64,000 bases of DNA, taken from assembly GCA_963662655.2 (NCBI GenBank), contig CAXXTU010000002.1:2112001-2176000 (forward strand). Direction: 5' to 3'. Origin of the DNA: Candidatus Cloacimonadales bacterium. Its GTDB lineage: Bacteria > Cloacimonadota > Cloacimonadia > Cloacimonadales > JAIOQZ01. The position numbers and the translations under genes are program-made. This document shows positions 36,858 to 47,255 of the stretch, one piece after another (position 1 is the first letter of the stretch; each line of letters starts with the position of its first letter). Under the pieces are notes generated by a model, which was given only the letters and a program-made list of their open reading frames with translations, did not search any database and had not been told where the DNA came from.

Positions 36858-38402
36858 TCAATGTCGAAAATGGCGCGTTCCGGTCATGATCATCGTGATG
36901 CCATACTCGTCGCAGGCATCGATAACTTCCTGGTCCCCGCGCGATCCTCCAGGCTGGATCACGGCCCGAATTCCCAGCTTGTGAATGCTGTCGATGCTGT
37001 CCCGGAACGGGAAAAATCCGTCGGATCCGCAAGCGCAGTCTTCCAGCGACAAACCGAACTTATCCGCTTTGTGGATGGCGATCTCGGTGGAATCGATGCG
37101 ACTCGTCTGCCCGATCCCCAATCCGATCGATCGATCGTCCCGCGTGAAACACACCGCGTTGGATTTAAGCAGCGCCACGGTCTTCCAGGCAAAACGCAAC
37201 GCCTTCATCTCGGTCTCGTCCGGCTTGCGCTTCGTGACAATCCGCCATCCCGATTCATCGTCCGGTGCGATGTCTTTCCCCTGAAGCAGAACACCGTTCA
37301 TGCAACTGACCGCCTGGTTGGATTCGGCATAAAGTTTGCCGATGTCATAGCGGATCAAGCGCCGATCCTTCTTCTTCATCAATCGCTGAATAGCCTCGTC
37401 GGTGAACGCCGGAGCAAGGATGATCTCCGTGAACACCTCGTTGATCTTGAGCGCGGCATCCATGTCGATCACGTCGTTGGTGATGACAATCCCGCCAAAC
37501 GGCGATAGCGTATCGGTCGCGAAAGCCTTCTCGTAGGCCTCCACCAGGTTCGAGCCCGAACCGATTCCGCATGGATTCGTGTGCTTGAAGATTCCCACCG
37601 TCTTCGAGTCTTCACCTTCAAGCGGGAACTTCCTGATCATGCGCAATGCTGCGTCGATATCCAGATAATTGTTATAGGAAAGCTGTTTGCCGTGCAGTTG
37701 CTCGATCGCGCTCAGGTCGGGATCTTCGTAATACGCCGCAAGCTGATGCGGATTCTCGCCGTAGCGAAGAATCTCCTTGAGATGCGCGGTTGTCTGAAGC
37801 GTCTCCGGTTGACAGATTTCGTTGACGCGATTGAAGTAAGCGCTGATCAGCGTATCGTAGCGTGCCGTATGCGCAAAAGCCTTGCCGGCGAGCCGCTGCC
37901 TGATCGAAATGATCTCATCCTCAGATGCCGAAAGCGCTTCCAGAGCGTTTGCGTAATCTTCCGGATCGACAACCACCGTGATGAACCGGTAGTTCTTCGC
38001 AGCCGCGCGAATCATGGTCGGGCCGCCGATGTCGATATTCTCGATCATTTCAGCATGACTAACGCCCGATCGCTTGAGGGTCTCTTCGAAAGGATAGAGG
38101 TTCACCACCACCATGTCAATCCAGTGGATTCCCAAGTTCTCGGCGGTTTTCACGTGTTCCTTGTTGTCTCGCAGACCGAGGATTCCGCCGTGAATCAACG
38201 GGTGAAGCGTTTTGACCCTTCCATCCATGATTTCCGGAAATCCCGTCACGTCCGAGACCTTTGTCACCGGAACGCCGGCGTCAAGAAGGAGTTTCGCGGT
38301 TCCGCCCGTGGAGAGAATCTCATAATCGCGTTGTATCAATTTCTGTGCGAAGGGAATGATACCTGTTTTGTCCGAAACACTAATCAGCGCTCGTTTTTTC
38401 AT
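36858..38402 (-). CDS. purH: Bifunctional AICAR transformylase/IMP cyclohydrolase
   Basis: ALISVSDK; GRVKTLHP; IDIGGP; LRYGENPHQ; KHTNPCG; SDGFFPF; RHFRH. Confidence 0.97.
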   Translation of the reverse strand: MKKRALISVSDKTGIIPFAQKLIQRDYEILSTGGTAKLLLDAGVPVTKVSDVTGFPEIMDGRVKTLHPLIHGGILGLRDNKEHVKTAENLGIHWIDMVVVNLYPFEETLKRSGVSHAEMIENIDIGGPTMIRAAAKNYRFITVVVDPEDYANALEALSASEDEIISIRQRLAGKAFAHTARYDTLISAYFNRVNEICQPETLQTTAHLKEILRYGENPHQLAAYYEDPDLSAIEQLHGKQLSYNNYLDIDAALRMIRKFPLEGEDSKTVGIFKHTNPCGIGSGSNLVEAYEKAFATDTLSPFGGIVITNDVIDMDAALKINEVFTEIILAPAFTDEAIQRLMKKKDRRLIRYDIGKLYAESNQAVSCMNGVLLQGKDIAPDDESGWRIVTKRKPDETEMKALRFAWKTVALLKSNAVCFTRDDRSIGLGIGQTSRIDSTEIAIHKADKFGLSLEDCACGSDGFFPFRDSIDSIHKLGIRAVIQPGGSRGDQEVIDACDEYGITMIMTGTRHFRH

Positions 38403-39517
38403 AACATCTCCGTTTTACGAATGACCTCGAATCCGGTCAATTTCTCCTGATCGATCGTCTTGTATATCCTGTGCAAGGCGTTGGCCACTTCAGGATCGAA
38501 CTGCACCCCCGCATATTTCATGATCTCGCCAATCGCGGTTTCATCCGAAAGAGCCGCCCGATAGGGGCGATCCGAAGTAATGGCGTCGTAGGTGTCAGCC
38601 ACGGCAACGATTCTGGCGAGGAACGAAATCTCGTCACCCTTGAGATGGTTGGGGTACCCGTTTCCATCGATGCGCTCGTGATGCTGCCCAACAATGTTGA
38701 AAACCTCATCCTCCAGATCGATCGGCCTGATAATCTTCACCCCGATATTGGGGTGTTCCTTCATCTCTTCATATTCGTCCGGCGCAAGTTTTCGAGGAGC
38801 GCGAAGAATACCGTGAGGAATCCCCAACTTCCCGATATCGTGAAGCACCGAGCCCAACCGAAGAACCTTCATGGTCTCTTTCTCCAGCCCCATCTCCTTG
38901 CCGATCATCATGCTGATGGCGGTTACACGCTCCGAATGACCGCGGGTGTACTTGTCGCTCGCTTCCAGACCGTTGATCATCGCCAGGATTGTCCCCAGGA
39001 GATTCTCTTCCAGCTTCTGGTTGGCAACAACAAGTTCCTTGGTCTTCTCGATAACCTTTTCTTCCAGCAGATCGTAGTAGCGCTCGATCTGAAGCTGGAG
39101 ATCGCGCTTTTCCACAGCCTTGGTAACCGTGATGAGCAGCTCGTTCATGCTGAACGGCTTCTTCAGGTAGTCGTACGCCCCCAGGCGAAACGACTTCATC
39201 AGGTTGTTCAAATCAGCGTGACCGGTAATCATGATGACCGGAAGCTTCTTGTCGTAGCGCTTCACAAGCTGTAAAAAGGTAATGCCATCCATTTTCGGCA
39301 TTTGAATATCGGTCACAACCGTGTCGATATCCAGCTTTTCGATGAGCTCGGGAAGAATTTGGGGATCGGAAACCGCGGTTACCTTGAAATCGTTATCCAC
39401 AAGGGTCTCTTCCATGATCTCCAGGATAGTTTCTTCGTCGTCCACGAGAAGAATATGCTTCTGCTTCATGCTGATCTCGGATATCCCTTCGAGCGATGGA
39501 TCGATGTGATTATTCAT
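38399..39517 (-). CDS. REC + HD-GYP cyclic di-GMP phosphodiesterase
   Basis: REC domain; YTRGHSERV; HDIGK; HHERIDGNGYP; ADTYDA; RPYR. Confidence 0.92.
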   Translation of the reverse strand: MNNHIDPSLEGISEISMKQKHILLVDDEETILEIMEETLVDNDFKVTAVSDPQILPELIEKLDIDTVVTDIQMPKMDGITFLQLVKRYDKKLPVIMITGHADLNNLMKSFRLGAYDYLKKPFSMNELLITVTKAVEKRDLQLQIERYYDLLEEKVIEKTKELVVANQKLEENLLGTILAMINGLEASDKYTRGHSERVTAISMMIGKEMGLEKETMKVLRLGSVLHDIGKLGIPHGILRAPRKLAPDEYEEMKEHPNIGVKIIRPIDLEDEVFNIVGQHHERIDGNGYPNHLKGDEISFLARIVAVADTYDAITSDRPYRAALSDETAIGEIMKYAGVQFDPEVANALHRIYKTIDQEKLTGFEVIRKTEML

Positions 39518-40742
39518 ATCGTAAAGCCTTCACAGGATTTAAATTACTCGCATGAATCGCGGGGGCGATTCCGAAAATCAAGCCAACCCCGGCAGAAATA
39601 ACTACCGCCAGGACAATCATGTGCGCGTCGACAACCACATCCATGTTTATGAATGAGCCCACTTTATCCAGAATCGAGAGCCCCAGGAGGATACCCAGAA
39701 TGCCGCCAATCAATGTCGTGAGGACGGTCTGGACGAGGAACTGTATGAAAATATCGATTCTGCGCGCACCCGTCGCCATGCGGATGCCGATCTCTCTCGT
39801 GCGCTCCTGGATGGTTGCCAGCATAATATTGGTGATCACGATCCCACCAACGAACAGCGAGATGCTGCTGATCATGATGAAGATGATCTTGAAAACCATC
39901 GTGTCCTGGGAGTTCTGATCGATCTGGTCTTTGGCCGATTCGACCATGAAAACCGGATGCCCGTGGCGAAGATTCAGAAGAATGTTCTCGAGCTTCTCTT
40001 TCAGGGGTGTAACCCCGGAAACCGTCTTCGCTTTCACCGTGAAAGCCCGGATATAGACTTCGTTCGACACCTTGTGCATGACGGTGCTCAGCGGCACGAA
40101 ACAACGCTGATTGAGGTACTCGAGCGCGTTCTCGTCACCCATCTGATTGCGTGATTTCATGTAGCGGTGTTTCATGACGCCGATAACCTGGAACTTGCGG
40201 TCCATCACGTATATGTATTTGCCGATCGGATTCTCGTTTCCGAACAGTTCTTTCTTCACAGTCGTTCCGATGACAATGACGTCGTTGTAGGCATCCAGAT
40301 CGAAATTATTAATAAACCGCCCCTGCTGAACCGTCCACTCCTCGATCTTCTCGAAATCGGGGAATATCCCCTGTACAGGCGTCCAAAATTCGTTACCATT
40401 GTAATAGGATCGATAGTGGCGCCACTCGTTCGAGGTCGGATTGAAATACAGCGCTTCGGGTATCAGGGATTGGATCAGGCGCAGTTCCTTGTAATCGAAA
40501 TACCAGCGTTCGCGGTTGGTGACATTGTATTCCCAGTTGCGATACACGGAAATCTTGGTGGCCCCGCCCCGTTCCTGAAGCCATTGCTCGGTCATGTTGT
40601 TCACGCCCTTGACCAGCGAGAGCACTACGATGATCGACATCGTTCCCAGCACGATCCCCATGACGGTCACGACGGTGCGCACCTTGCGGATCCAGAGGTC
40701 TGAAAGGCCTACAACCACACTTTCTCTAAGCGATATCGCCAT
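39510..40742 (-). CDS. MacB/FtsX-family ABC permease
   Basis: TM1, periplasmic domain, VGGIVITNIML..ERTREIGIR, PV.ALRYE; likely start 40742. Confidence 0.9.
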   Translation of the reverse strand: MAISLRESVVVGLSDLWIRKVRTVVTVMGIVLGTMSIIVVLSLVKGVNNMTEQWLQERGGATKISVYRNWEYNVTNRERWYFDYKELRLIQSLIPEALYFNPTSNEWRHYRSYYNGNEFWTPVQGIFPDFEKIEEWTVQQGRFINNFDLDAYNDVIVIGTTVKKELFGNENPIGKYIYVMDRKFQVIGVMKHRYMKSRNQMGDENALEYLNQRCFVPLSTVMHKVSNEVYIRAFTVKAKTVSGVTPLKEKLENILLNLRHGHPVFMVESAKDQIDQNSQDTMVFKIIFIMISSISLFVGGIVITNIMLATIQERTREIGIRMATGARRIDIFIQFLVQTVLTTLIGGILGILLGLSILDKVGSFINMDVVVDAHMIVLAVVISAGVGLIFGIAPAIHASNLNPVKALRYE

Positions 40743-41412
40743 TGGTAATCTTTCCGTCGATAATATGTATGATTCGGTTGGCTTTCCCCGCGACGCGCGG
40801 ATCGTGCGTAACCATGATGATTGTATTTCCCTGATCGTGCAGCTCGGAGAATATCCCCAGGATATCGCTGCCCGAGTTTGTATCGAGGTTTCCCGTAGGC
40901 TCGTCCGCGAGGATGATCGCCGGGTTGTTGACAATCGCACGGGCTATCGCCACACGCTGACGCTGGCCACCCGAAAGCTCCGATGGCTTATGCCGGAGCC
41001 GATCGCCCAGTCCCACTTGTTCGAGAATCTCAATCGCGCGATTTTTCCGCTTGGCGGGAGAGACGCCGCTGTACATCTGCGGAAGCTCCACATTCTTCAA
41101 GATGTTCAGATGGGGCAGGAGGTTGAAGGTCTGGAAAACGAAGCCGATCCTCTGATTGCGAACGGCGGCAAGCTGTCTCTTCTTGAGCTTGCTTACCTCC
41201 TGCGCCTCCAGGATGTAGTTACCGCCAGTGGGGGTGTCCAGGCATCCTAAAATATGCATCAGGGTCGATTTGCCGGAACCGGAAGGCCCCATGATCGCGA
41301 GGAACTCTCCCTTGTAGATTTCTACATCGACGCCATCAAGGGCAGTGACCTTATGCTTGCCCATGTCGTAAACTTTTTGCAGATTCTCTGTTCGAATTAC
41401 GATATCTTGCAT
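40726..41412 (-). CDS. LolD/MacB-type ABC ATP-binding protein
   Basis: GPSGSGKST; LSGGQRQR; LADEPTGNLD; VTHD. Confidence 0.95.
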   Translation of the reverse strand: MQDIVIRTENLQKVYDMGKHKVTALDGVDVEIYKGEFLAIMGPSGSGKSTLMHILGCLDTPTGGNYILEAQEVSKLKKRQLAAVRNQRIGFVFQTFNLLPHLNILKNVELPQMYSGVSPAKRKNRAIEILEQVGLGDRLRHKPSELSGGQRQRVAIARAIVNNPAIILADEPTGNLDTNSGSDILGIFSELHDQGNTIIMVTHDPRVAGKANRIIHIIDGKITNGDIA

Positions 41413-41460
41413 TGCACAACCTGTTTCTGTTGATTTCGTGGCAAGAATTCATGATTCTTG

Positions 41461-42546
41461 CTATTTGGCAATCTTTTCTTTCCGGTTCCAGTCCATTTCG
41501 GGGAACCGCAATGTAAAATTCATGCTTGCGGGGATAATCTCCCGAAAATACTTCGCGCTCATCTCTTTCGGGATACGCTTGCCCATGATCGTTATACGCA
41601 CCACTGCGTCAAGCGCTAGTTTTCCCAAATCGTGAACCAGTCTGCCCCGTATCGCCTGCTCCGATTCGTGATCCGCATTGTAGTTAAGCACGCACATTTT
41701 CCGCGTGGGAAGCTCTACGAATTCATGTTCCAGCTTACCATCCGAAAAACGAAAATCGAAGTACCCCTTTTCCTCAAAACGCTCGATGAACGACGTTCGT
41801 TCCAGTGATCCCGAATAAAAGACCGGCGACGGCAGCGCTTCTCCCCTGCTATTTCTCGTAAGTATCTGCCACTTGTGAATATGCCCCGCGAGAACCGCAT
41901 CGAAGGCGGACGGGATGTCCTCGGGATTCAGCACGTCCTCCCGCCCGTAGAACGTGTAGTTCTCGATTCGCGAGCCATCCACCGCCTGGTGCATGCACAG
42001 GAGACGCAGATCGGCGTCATGTTCCTGCCAGCCGGATTGCGCGAGAAGTCGGGGAAACGTCTGGCGTATGTGGTCGCGGTCGTTGGGGAATCCGACGATC
42101 ATCGCGTTGATGCCGCGGATGTTCAAAAGCTGCGTACCCGGAGCATCGAAGATGTGAATCCTGTCGTGCATCGCAAGAAGTGAGTGCGGAATGTTGGATC
42201 GCTCATGGTTTCCCGGCACGATGAATACGGGGATGCCTGCGTCGGCAACGCGGAAAAGACGCTGGAAAACAATCCACACGAGCTTTTCGGGTATTTTACT
42301 CCGGTAAAAAAGGTCGCCGCCGTGAATGAGGAAATCGATTTTCTCACCGATCGCCCGATCCAGAACCAGATCGAAGTTCCGGAAGAAATCCTCGCCTCTG
42401 CGACGCCTTTCGACGCGAGCCTTGAACGGGTAATCGAAACCCAGGTGGGAATCGGAGAAAAAGAAGAAGCGCAACGGTCTCATGTCTCCATTGCTCTCGA
42501 GAGATTCCACGCTGTCAATCGAATTTGCGCAGCCATTTCCATGCAT
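41461..42546 (-). CDS. SbcD/Mre11-like metallophosphoesterase (start may be 42483)
   Basis: SDSHLG; GGDLF; PGNHE; MHQ; AGHIH; YSGSLERTSF.E. Confidence 0.85.
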   Translation of the reverse strand: MHGNGCANSIDSVESLESNGDMRPLRFFFFSDSHLGFDYPFKARVERRRRGEDFFRNFDLVLDRAIGEKIDFLIHGGDLFYRSKIPEKLVWIVFQRLFRVADAGIPVFIVPGNHERSNIPHSLLAMHDRIHIFDAPGTQLLNIRGINAMIVGFPNDRDHIRQTFPRLLAQSGWQEHDADLRLLCMHQAVDGSRIENYTFYGREDVLNPEDIPSAFDAVLAGHIHKWQILTRNSRGEALPSPVFYSGSLERTSFIERFEEKGYFDFRFSDGKLEHEFVELPTRKMCVLNYNADHESEQAIRGRLVHDLGKLALDAVVRITIMGKRIPKEMSAKYFREIIPASMNFTLRFPEMDWNRKEKIAK

Positions 42547-42554
42547 CGTGAGGA

Positions 42555-43253
42555 TTACAAGATATCATCCTTCGCGTCTTCCACGCTACCGAAAATTGTC
42601 TGGTTGATTACCCTGAAATAGCGCGCAAAGCTTCCACTCAGATTGTAATGCTCGATTTCCATCTCCGATTCGATCGCCATCTTGTATTCGTTCCACAGAA
42701 TAGGGTCTTTCGAGCTCAGCGCGACGTCGTAATGAACAGGTTCTTCTGTCTTGAAATCGCCACCCCAACGTATATCGGGATCCTCGCGAACTTCGTTGAG
42801 GAATCCGGAAACAGCGTCGGGAAGATGTCGCATACGCGATTTCCTCAAATGCGGGAAGCGGAATCGTTCGTCTTTATATACGATGTCCGCGTCGAAGGCA
42901 AAACCGGCGTAGTGATTCGAGTATCTTGCCGGAGGAACGTGGAAGTCATTCACGTAGTTCCCGGGCTTGAAATAGGAGTTGAGCACCAAGAGCGTCACAT
43001 CGTGCTTCTCGGCGATTCGATCCAGCTTGCGCATGTAGGTGAGAAATTCACGGTGGACAAGGATATCTTGCTCCTCATCGCCGACGATTCGCTCACCCAG
43101 GAAGGTCTTCAATTCGCGGACACTGTCGATTTTTGCCCGACGAGCGTGGTAGAAAGTCGCGTAATCGTTACTTACAAAGATGAAATAGCCGAAAGTCACG
43201 ATCAAAACGATCGGGATTAAAACATACTTCAAGGTCTTTTTGATTTTGTTCAT
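42555..43253 (-). CDS. Membrane-anchored M15-family Zn peptidase (D,D-/L,D-peptidase-like)
   Basis: N-terminal TM; SNHYAGFAFD; RWGGDF...PVHYD. Confidence 0.7.
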   Translation of the reverse strand: MNKIKKTLKYVLIPIVLIVTFGYFIFVSNDYATFYHARRAKIDSVRELKTFLGERIVGDEEQDILVHREFLTYMRKLDRIAEKHDVTLLVLNSYFKPGNYVNDFHVPPARYSNHYAGFAFDADIVYKDERFRFPHLRKSRMRHLPDAVSGFLNEVREDPDIRWGGDFKTEEPVHYDVALSSKDPILWNEYKMAIESEMEIEHYNLSGSFARYFRVINQTIFGSVEDAKDDIL

Positions 43254-43356
43254 ATTCAATTCCTGTTTTCATTGCTTATCAATATTCCGCCATACACGTG
43301 TCGTTCCAAAACGTTGTTCAGTTGTAAAAAACGGTAATTTTACTGGAGATGTCAAT

Positions 43357-44754
43357 TCATTTATCTCCGATACCAGTCATCCCGTATTTCTTGAGACGAC
43401 GATCCAGGGAATACCAGGTAATATTCAGAAGACGGGCCGCATGCGTTTTGTTGTTTCCCGAGATATCCAGCGCTCGAAGAATCGCCTTCTTTTCGAGAAC
43501 TTCGAGATCGAGAATATTATCCACTGGGCTTGCGGTATCAGGATTATCGATAGCTTTATCGGGCTGATTCGATAAGGATAGGTGCTGCGGTGTGATCTGC
43601 TTCCCTTCGCACAAGATAATCGCACGCTCCAGAATGTTACGGAGCTCACGGACATTACCCGGATAGTAGTAATGCAGTAGCAGGTTCTTCGCTTCGAGCG
43701 AAATGGAAAGACATGATCTTCTCAGCTTGCCCGAGAAATATTCGAGATAGTACTCGATGAGCGCTTCGATATCCTCTCTCCGCTCCCGAAGCGGCTCCAG
43801 ATGAACCTCGAAGCGATTCAGGCGGTAGAAGAGATCGAGCCGGAAGGAATCGTTCTCCACCAGCCTCGAGAGGTCCCGGTTGGTCATTGCGATGAAGCGA
43901 ACATCGACGGGAATCCCTTTGCGAGCCCCGACCGGTATAACGGTACCCGTTTCCAGCACGCGCAGCAGTTTGACCTGCAAACTTAGGGGAATATCGGCGA
44001 TTTCATCCAGCACGAGCGTTCCCTTGTCGGCGGTCTGTATCCAGCCTGTTTTATCAGAGTCGGCTCCCGTGAATGCCCCCTTCACATGTCCGAACAACTC
44101 GCTCTCGAACAGATGCTCGGGAATCGCGGAACAATTGATGGGATAGAAACGCTGTTCGTGGCGGTCGCTCAAGAGATGAATACTGCGGGCGACAAGCTCC
44201 TTTCCGGTACCGCTTTCCCCCGTAACGAGAACCGATGTCGCGGGAGAGGAGGCCACTTTTCCGATGAGCTGTTTCACATGCTTGATGTGCCCGCCCTCTC
44301 CAACGATGGGATGACCGTAGATTCGCTTCAACTGCCGGTGGAGATTGTCGTTGTCCTGCTGAATCCTGCCACAACGTTTTTGAAGGGCAATGTACCGGCC
44401 TGTCCTTTGGATTGCAGCCTCCAGATCGATCAACCGGAACGGCTTGTGGAAGAAGTCGAACGCGCCGGCCCGGAGCGCCGAGAGGATGGTTTCTTCGTTG
44501 CCGAACGCGGTTACCATAATCACCTGAACGTCCGGCCAGCGTTGGGATATCTCTTGCAGAAGTTCCAGACCGCAATCGGCACCCAGACGGATATCCAGTA
44601 TCGCGATATCGACAGGATTTTCCTCCAGAAGCTCAATCGCCGTCTTTCTTGATTCGGCGGCATACACCAGGCATTCGCTCTGCTCCAGATAGTAAGTCAA
44701 CTCCTGACGAATTCCATCTTCGTCATCGACCACCAGAATGCGCAAATCCTCCAT
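43357..44754 (-). CDS. NtrC-family sigma-54-dependent response regulator
   Basis: REC; GESGTGKE; ESELFGH.KGAFTGA; FYRL; PGNVREL; Fis-type HTH. Confidence 0.95.
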   Translation of the reverse strand: MEDLRILVVDDEDGIRQELTYYLEQSECLVYAAESRKTAIELLEENPVDIAILDIRLGADCGLELLQEISQRWPDVQVIMVTAFGNEETILSALRAGAFDFFHKPFRLIDLEAAIQRTGRYIALQKRCGRIQQDNDNLHRQLKRIYGHPIVGEGGHIKHVKQLIGKVASSPATSVLVTGESGTGKELVARSIHLLSDRHEQRFYPINCSAIPEHLFESELFGHVKGAFTGADSDKTGWIQTADKGTLVLDEIADIPLSLQVKLLRVLETGTVIPVGARKGIPVDVRFIAMTNRDLSRLVENDSFRLDLFYRLNRFEVHLEPLRERREDIEALIEYYLEYFSGKLRRSCLSISLEAKNLLLHYYYPGNVRELRNILERAIILCEGKQITPQHLSLSNQPDKAIDNPDTASPVDNILDLEVLEKKAILRALDISGNNKTHAARLLNITWYSLDRRLKKYGMTGIGDK

Positions 44755-44767
44755 CGTACTAGTCCTG

Positions 44768-46906
44768 TTATGCTTGTGTTTGAGGCAAAGCGATCTTCAT
44801 GATCGTTCCTTCGCCGGGCGTGCTGTTTACCGTTATTTCGCCCTCAAATTCCTTGATGATGCCGTAACAAACCGGCAGTCCCAAGCCTGTTCCTTTTCCG
44901 TCCTTCTTCTTCGTGAAGAAGGGATCGAAAATCATGTCGATGTACTCCGGCTCAATCCCGCTACCGTTGTCCTCCACCTTCAGCACGATCGACTTCGCTT
45001 CCATCGCCGTGGAGATGGTTATCCTCTTCTTGTAATCGAGAACACCGGTATCACGCTCTTTCTCTTCCGTTGCATCGCGCGCGTTGGCGATCAGGTTGAG
45101 CAGCACCTGTTCCAGCTTCAAGGGATGCCCAATAACGGGCGGAAGCGGTTCGAGAAGGTCCAGCACGACGTCTAATCCATGTTTTCGGTATTGCTCGTTG
45201 AATAATAGCAGTGTGTTTTTTACCACGTGGTTCAGGTCGACTTTTTCGTAGGTGGTCAACTGTTGGTCTCTGCTAAACGTCTTGATATGGTCGATGATGA
45301 GCTTGATGCGCTCGGTTTCTTTAAGGAACTGACGCGTCTTGAGAACGGTAAATTCGTTGTTCAGCTTGCCCAATCGATCCGTGAAAAGCAGGTTATCGAG
45401 TCCCATCGTGATTCGGGTCAGCGGCTGGTTCACTTCGTGAGCGATACCGGCAGCAAGCTGTCCCAGCGATTCGAGCTTGGATTTCTGGATAATGATGCGC
45501 TGCTGCTCCTGACGCCTTTCCAATTCCTGCTGAACCCGCATCTCCAGCTCCTCGGTCTTGATTCTGTAAATTTCCGCATCCTTTCTCGCGAGATCGGTCT
45601 CCTGCCGCGCCAGCTTCGCGTCCTGCTCCTTCTGCTCGATTTCGTGATGGATGCGCATCACGGCGATCGCTCTTGTCTTCTCAGTATCGAATTGCTTTTT
45701 ACTTAGCGTGCTCCACTCCTTCATGGTCTCAAAAGCATTCCGGTATTCTCCGCATGCCTCCCAGCATTCGGAGAAATCGAGCAAGATTTCCATCTGCCTT
45801 AACGTATTATCCTGCTCCTTCGCAAGAGCAAGCGCATCTTCAAAATACCTCTGTGCCTCCGTCAGGTTACCAGAACACATCAATGTTTCCCCAAGATATT
45901 GCAGAATGGCTGGACGTTCGTTCACTAGATTATACTCGTAACTCAAATGCAGAGATTTATTGAGAAGCTCAAGAGCTTTCCCGTAGTCCGCATAAAATTC
46001 CTTGTGAACCAGCGCCATGTTCTGATAGAGCGTCGGCATTCCGAAGCGCTCATCGATCGCCAGTTTCTTTTCGAGCGATTTCTCGAAGTAACGCATCGCT
46101 CTCTTGGGTCGTTTATTGTTCTTGTAGATCAGACCAATATTCAGAAATGAAATCGCCATTCTTTTTTCGTCGTTACATTTCCGCAAGAGTTTCCAAGCTT
46201 TTCTATGATACTGCAAGCTTTGATACGGTTCGCCCAGTGAAAGCATAACCAGCCCGACATTCACACAAGCACTGATTATCATCAGCGGATTCTCTAATTC
46301 CCGGCATAGTTGATATGCCTCAAGACCACGTTCCAGAGCATGATCCAGTTCGCCAAGATTGTAATAAAATCCGGAGAGATTGCTCAGGGTAGTGGCAATT
46401 TGATATTTCAGTCTTTTTGTCTGCTTGAATTCACTCGTTATATTCAGATATCTTATTGCGTACTCCATTGCCTTGATGAAATTACCCTGATATGATGATG
46501 TGACGGCTATGAGGTTTATTGTAGCGGCCCGTAAAGATTCGTTGTCAGTCTCGTTCAGCACTTCAAGGGCTTGGGCGGCAGTTTTTTCCGCAGCGATTAT
46601 TTCACCCTTTGTGCCCTGGATCGATCCTTTGACGTACAAGCACAGCGCAATTCCGCGTTTATATTCTAATTTTTGGGAAAGCTCCATTCCATCCTCGACA
46701 AATCGAAACGCTCGTTCAAGCTCGCGAAGATGCATGCAACAGGTGGCGCTCAGTGTGTAGAAACTGATCAACGTGGTTTCTTCCTGATACTTGTCAGCTT
46801 CTTGAATAATTCCATCAAGAATTCCCAGAGCTGCGCTATATTCACCGTCGTCCCTCTTCTGGTTGGCTTTCTCCAAAATTGTTTTCAAGTGCTCACTTCG
46901 TTCCAT
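44768..46906 (-). CDS. TPR-sensor histidine kinase
   Basis: GAGGAAATCA-ATG at 46906; TPR array; AHEVNQPL; NLIANARDA; DNGSGI; FDPFFTKK; GTGLGL. The ORF-track extension to 47308 reads through non-coding DNA and the IS end. Confidence 0.9.
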   Translation of the reverse strand: MERSEHLKTILEKANQKRDDGEYSAALGILDGIIQEADKYQEETTLISFYTLSATCCMHLRELERAFRFVEDGMELSQKLEYKRGIALCLYVKGSIQGTKGEIIAAEKTAAQALEVLNETDNESLRAATINLIAVTSSYQGNFIKAMEYAIRYLNITSEFKQTKRLKYQIATTLSNLSGFYYNLGELDHALERGLEAYQLCRELENPLMIISACVNVGLVMLSLGEPYQSLQYHRKAWKLLRKCNDEKRMAISFLNIGLIYKNNKRPKRAMRYFEKSLEKKLAIDERFGMPTLYQNMALVHKEFYADYGKALELLNKSLHLSYEYNLVNERPAILQYLGETLMCSGNLTEAQRYFEDALALAKEQDNTLRQMEILLDFSECWEACGEYRNAFETMKEWSTLSKKQFDTEKTRAIAVMRIHHEIEQKEQDAKLARQETDLARKDAEIYRIKTEELEMRVQQELERRQEQQRIIIQKSKLESLGQLAAGIAHEVNQPLTRITMGLDNLLFTDRLGKLNNEFTVLKTRQFLKETERIKLIIDHIKTFSRDQQLTTYEKVDLNHVVKNTLLLFNEQYRKHGLDVVLDLLEPLPPVIGHPLKLEQVLLNLIANARDATEEKERDTGVLDYKKRITISTAMEAKSIVLKVEDNGSGIEPEYIDMIFDPFFTKKKDGKGTGLGLPVCYGIIKEFEGEITVNSTPGEGTIMKIALPQTQA

Positions 46907-47048
46907 TGATTTCCTCAATATGGGTGATATCTCAATCAGGAGATTCTTTCCGCGACTTGTCCAGAAAAATTTAACCGCCATAATCTCCATATCTTCATGT
47001 TCTCCCCGGCTGTACTGAATGTCCGACTCGAGAATGCGCACCAGCTCA

Positions 47049-47230
47049 GCGCGGCGGGGCGGCGGATGTGCTTCGCACACGGTATATTTCCCCATGTAAG
47101 CGTATTGTTTACATGGGGAAATATACCAAGAAGCCCTACGGAATATCCAGCACATGGTTGTTCCGATTTGATCCGACCTGTGCAAGCATGATGCTGGATT
47201 CGTAGGGCTTCTTCCGCCGCCCCGCCGCGC
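47049..47230 (-). repeat. Four-way-junction (cloverleaf) element, copy 2
   Basis: 17-bp closing stem GCGCGGCGGGGCGGCGG/CCGCCGCCCCGCCGCGC encloses three contiguous arms (13 bp plus extension, 21 bp, 6 bp). Confidence 0.85.
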
Positions 47231-47255
47231 GGTCGGTAACTCGCATTTATTTTTT

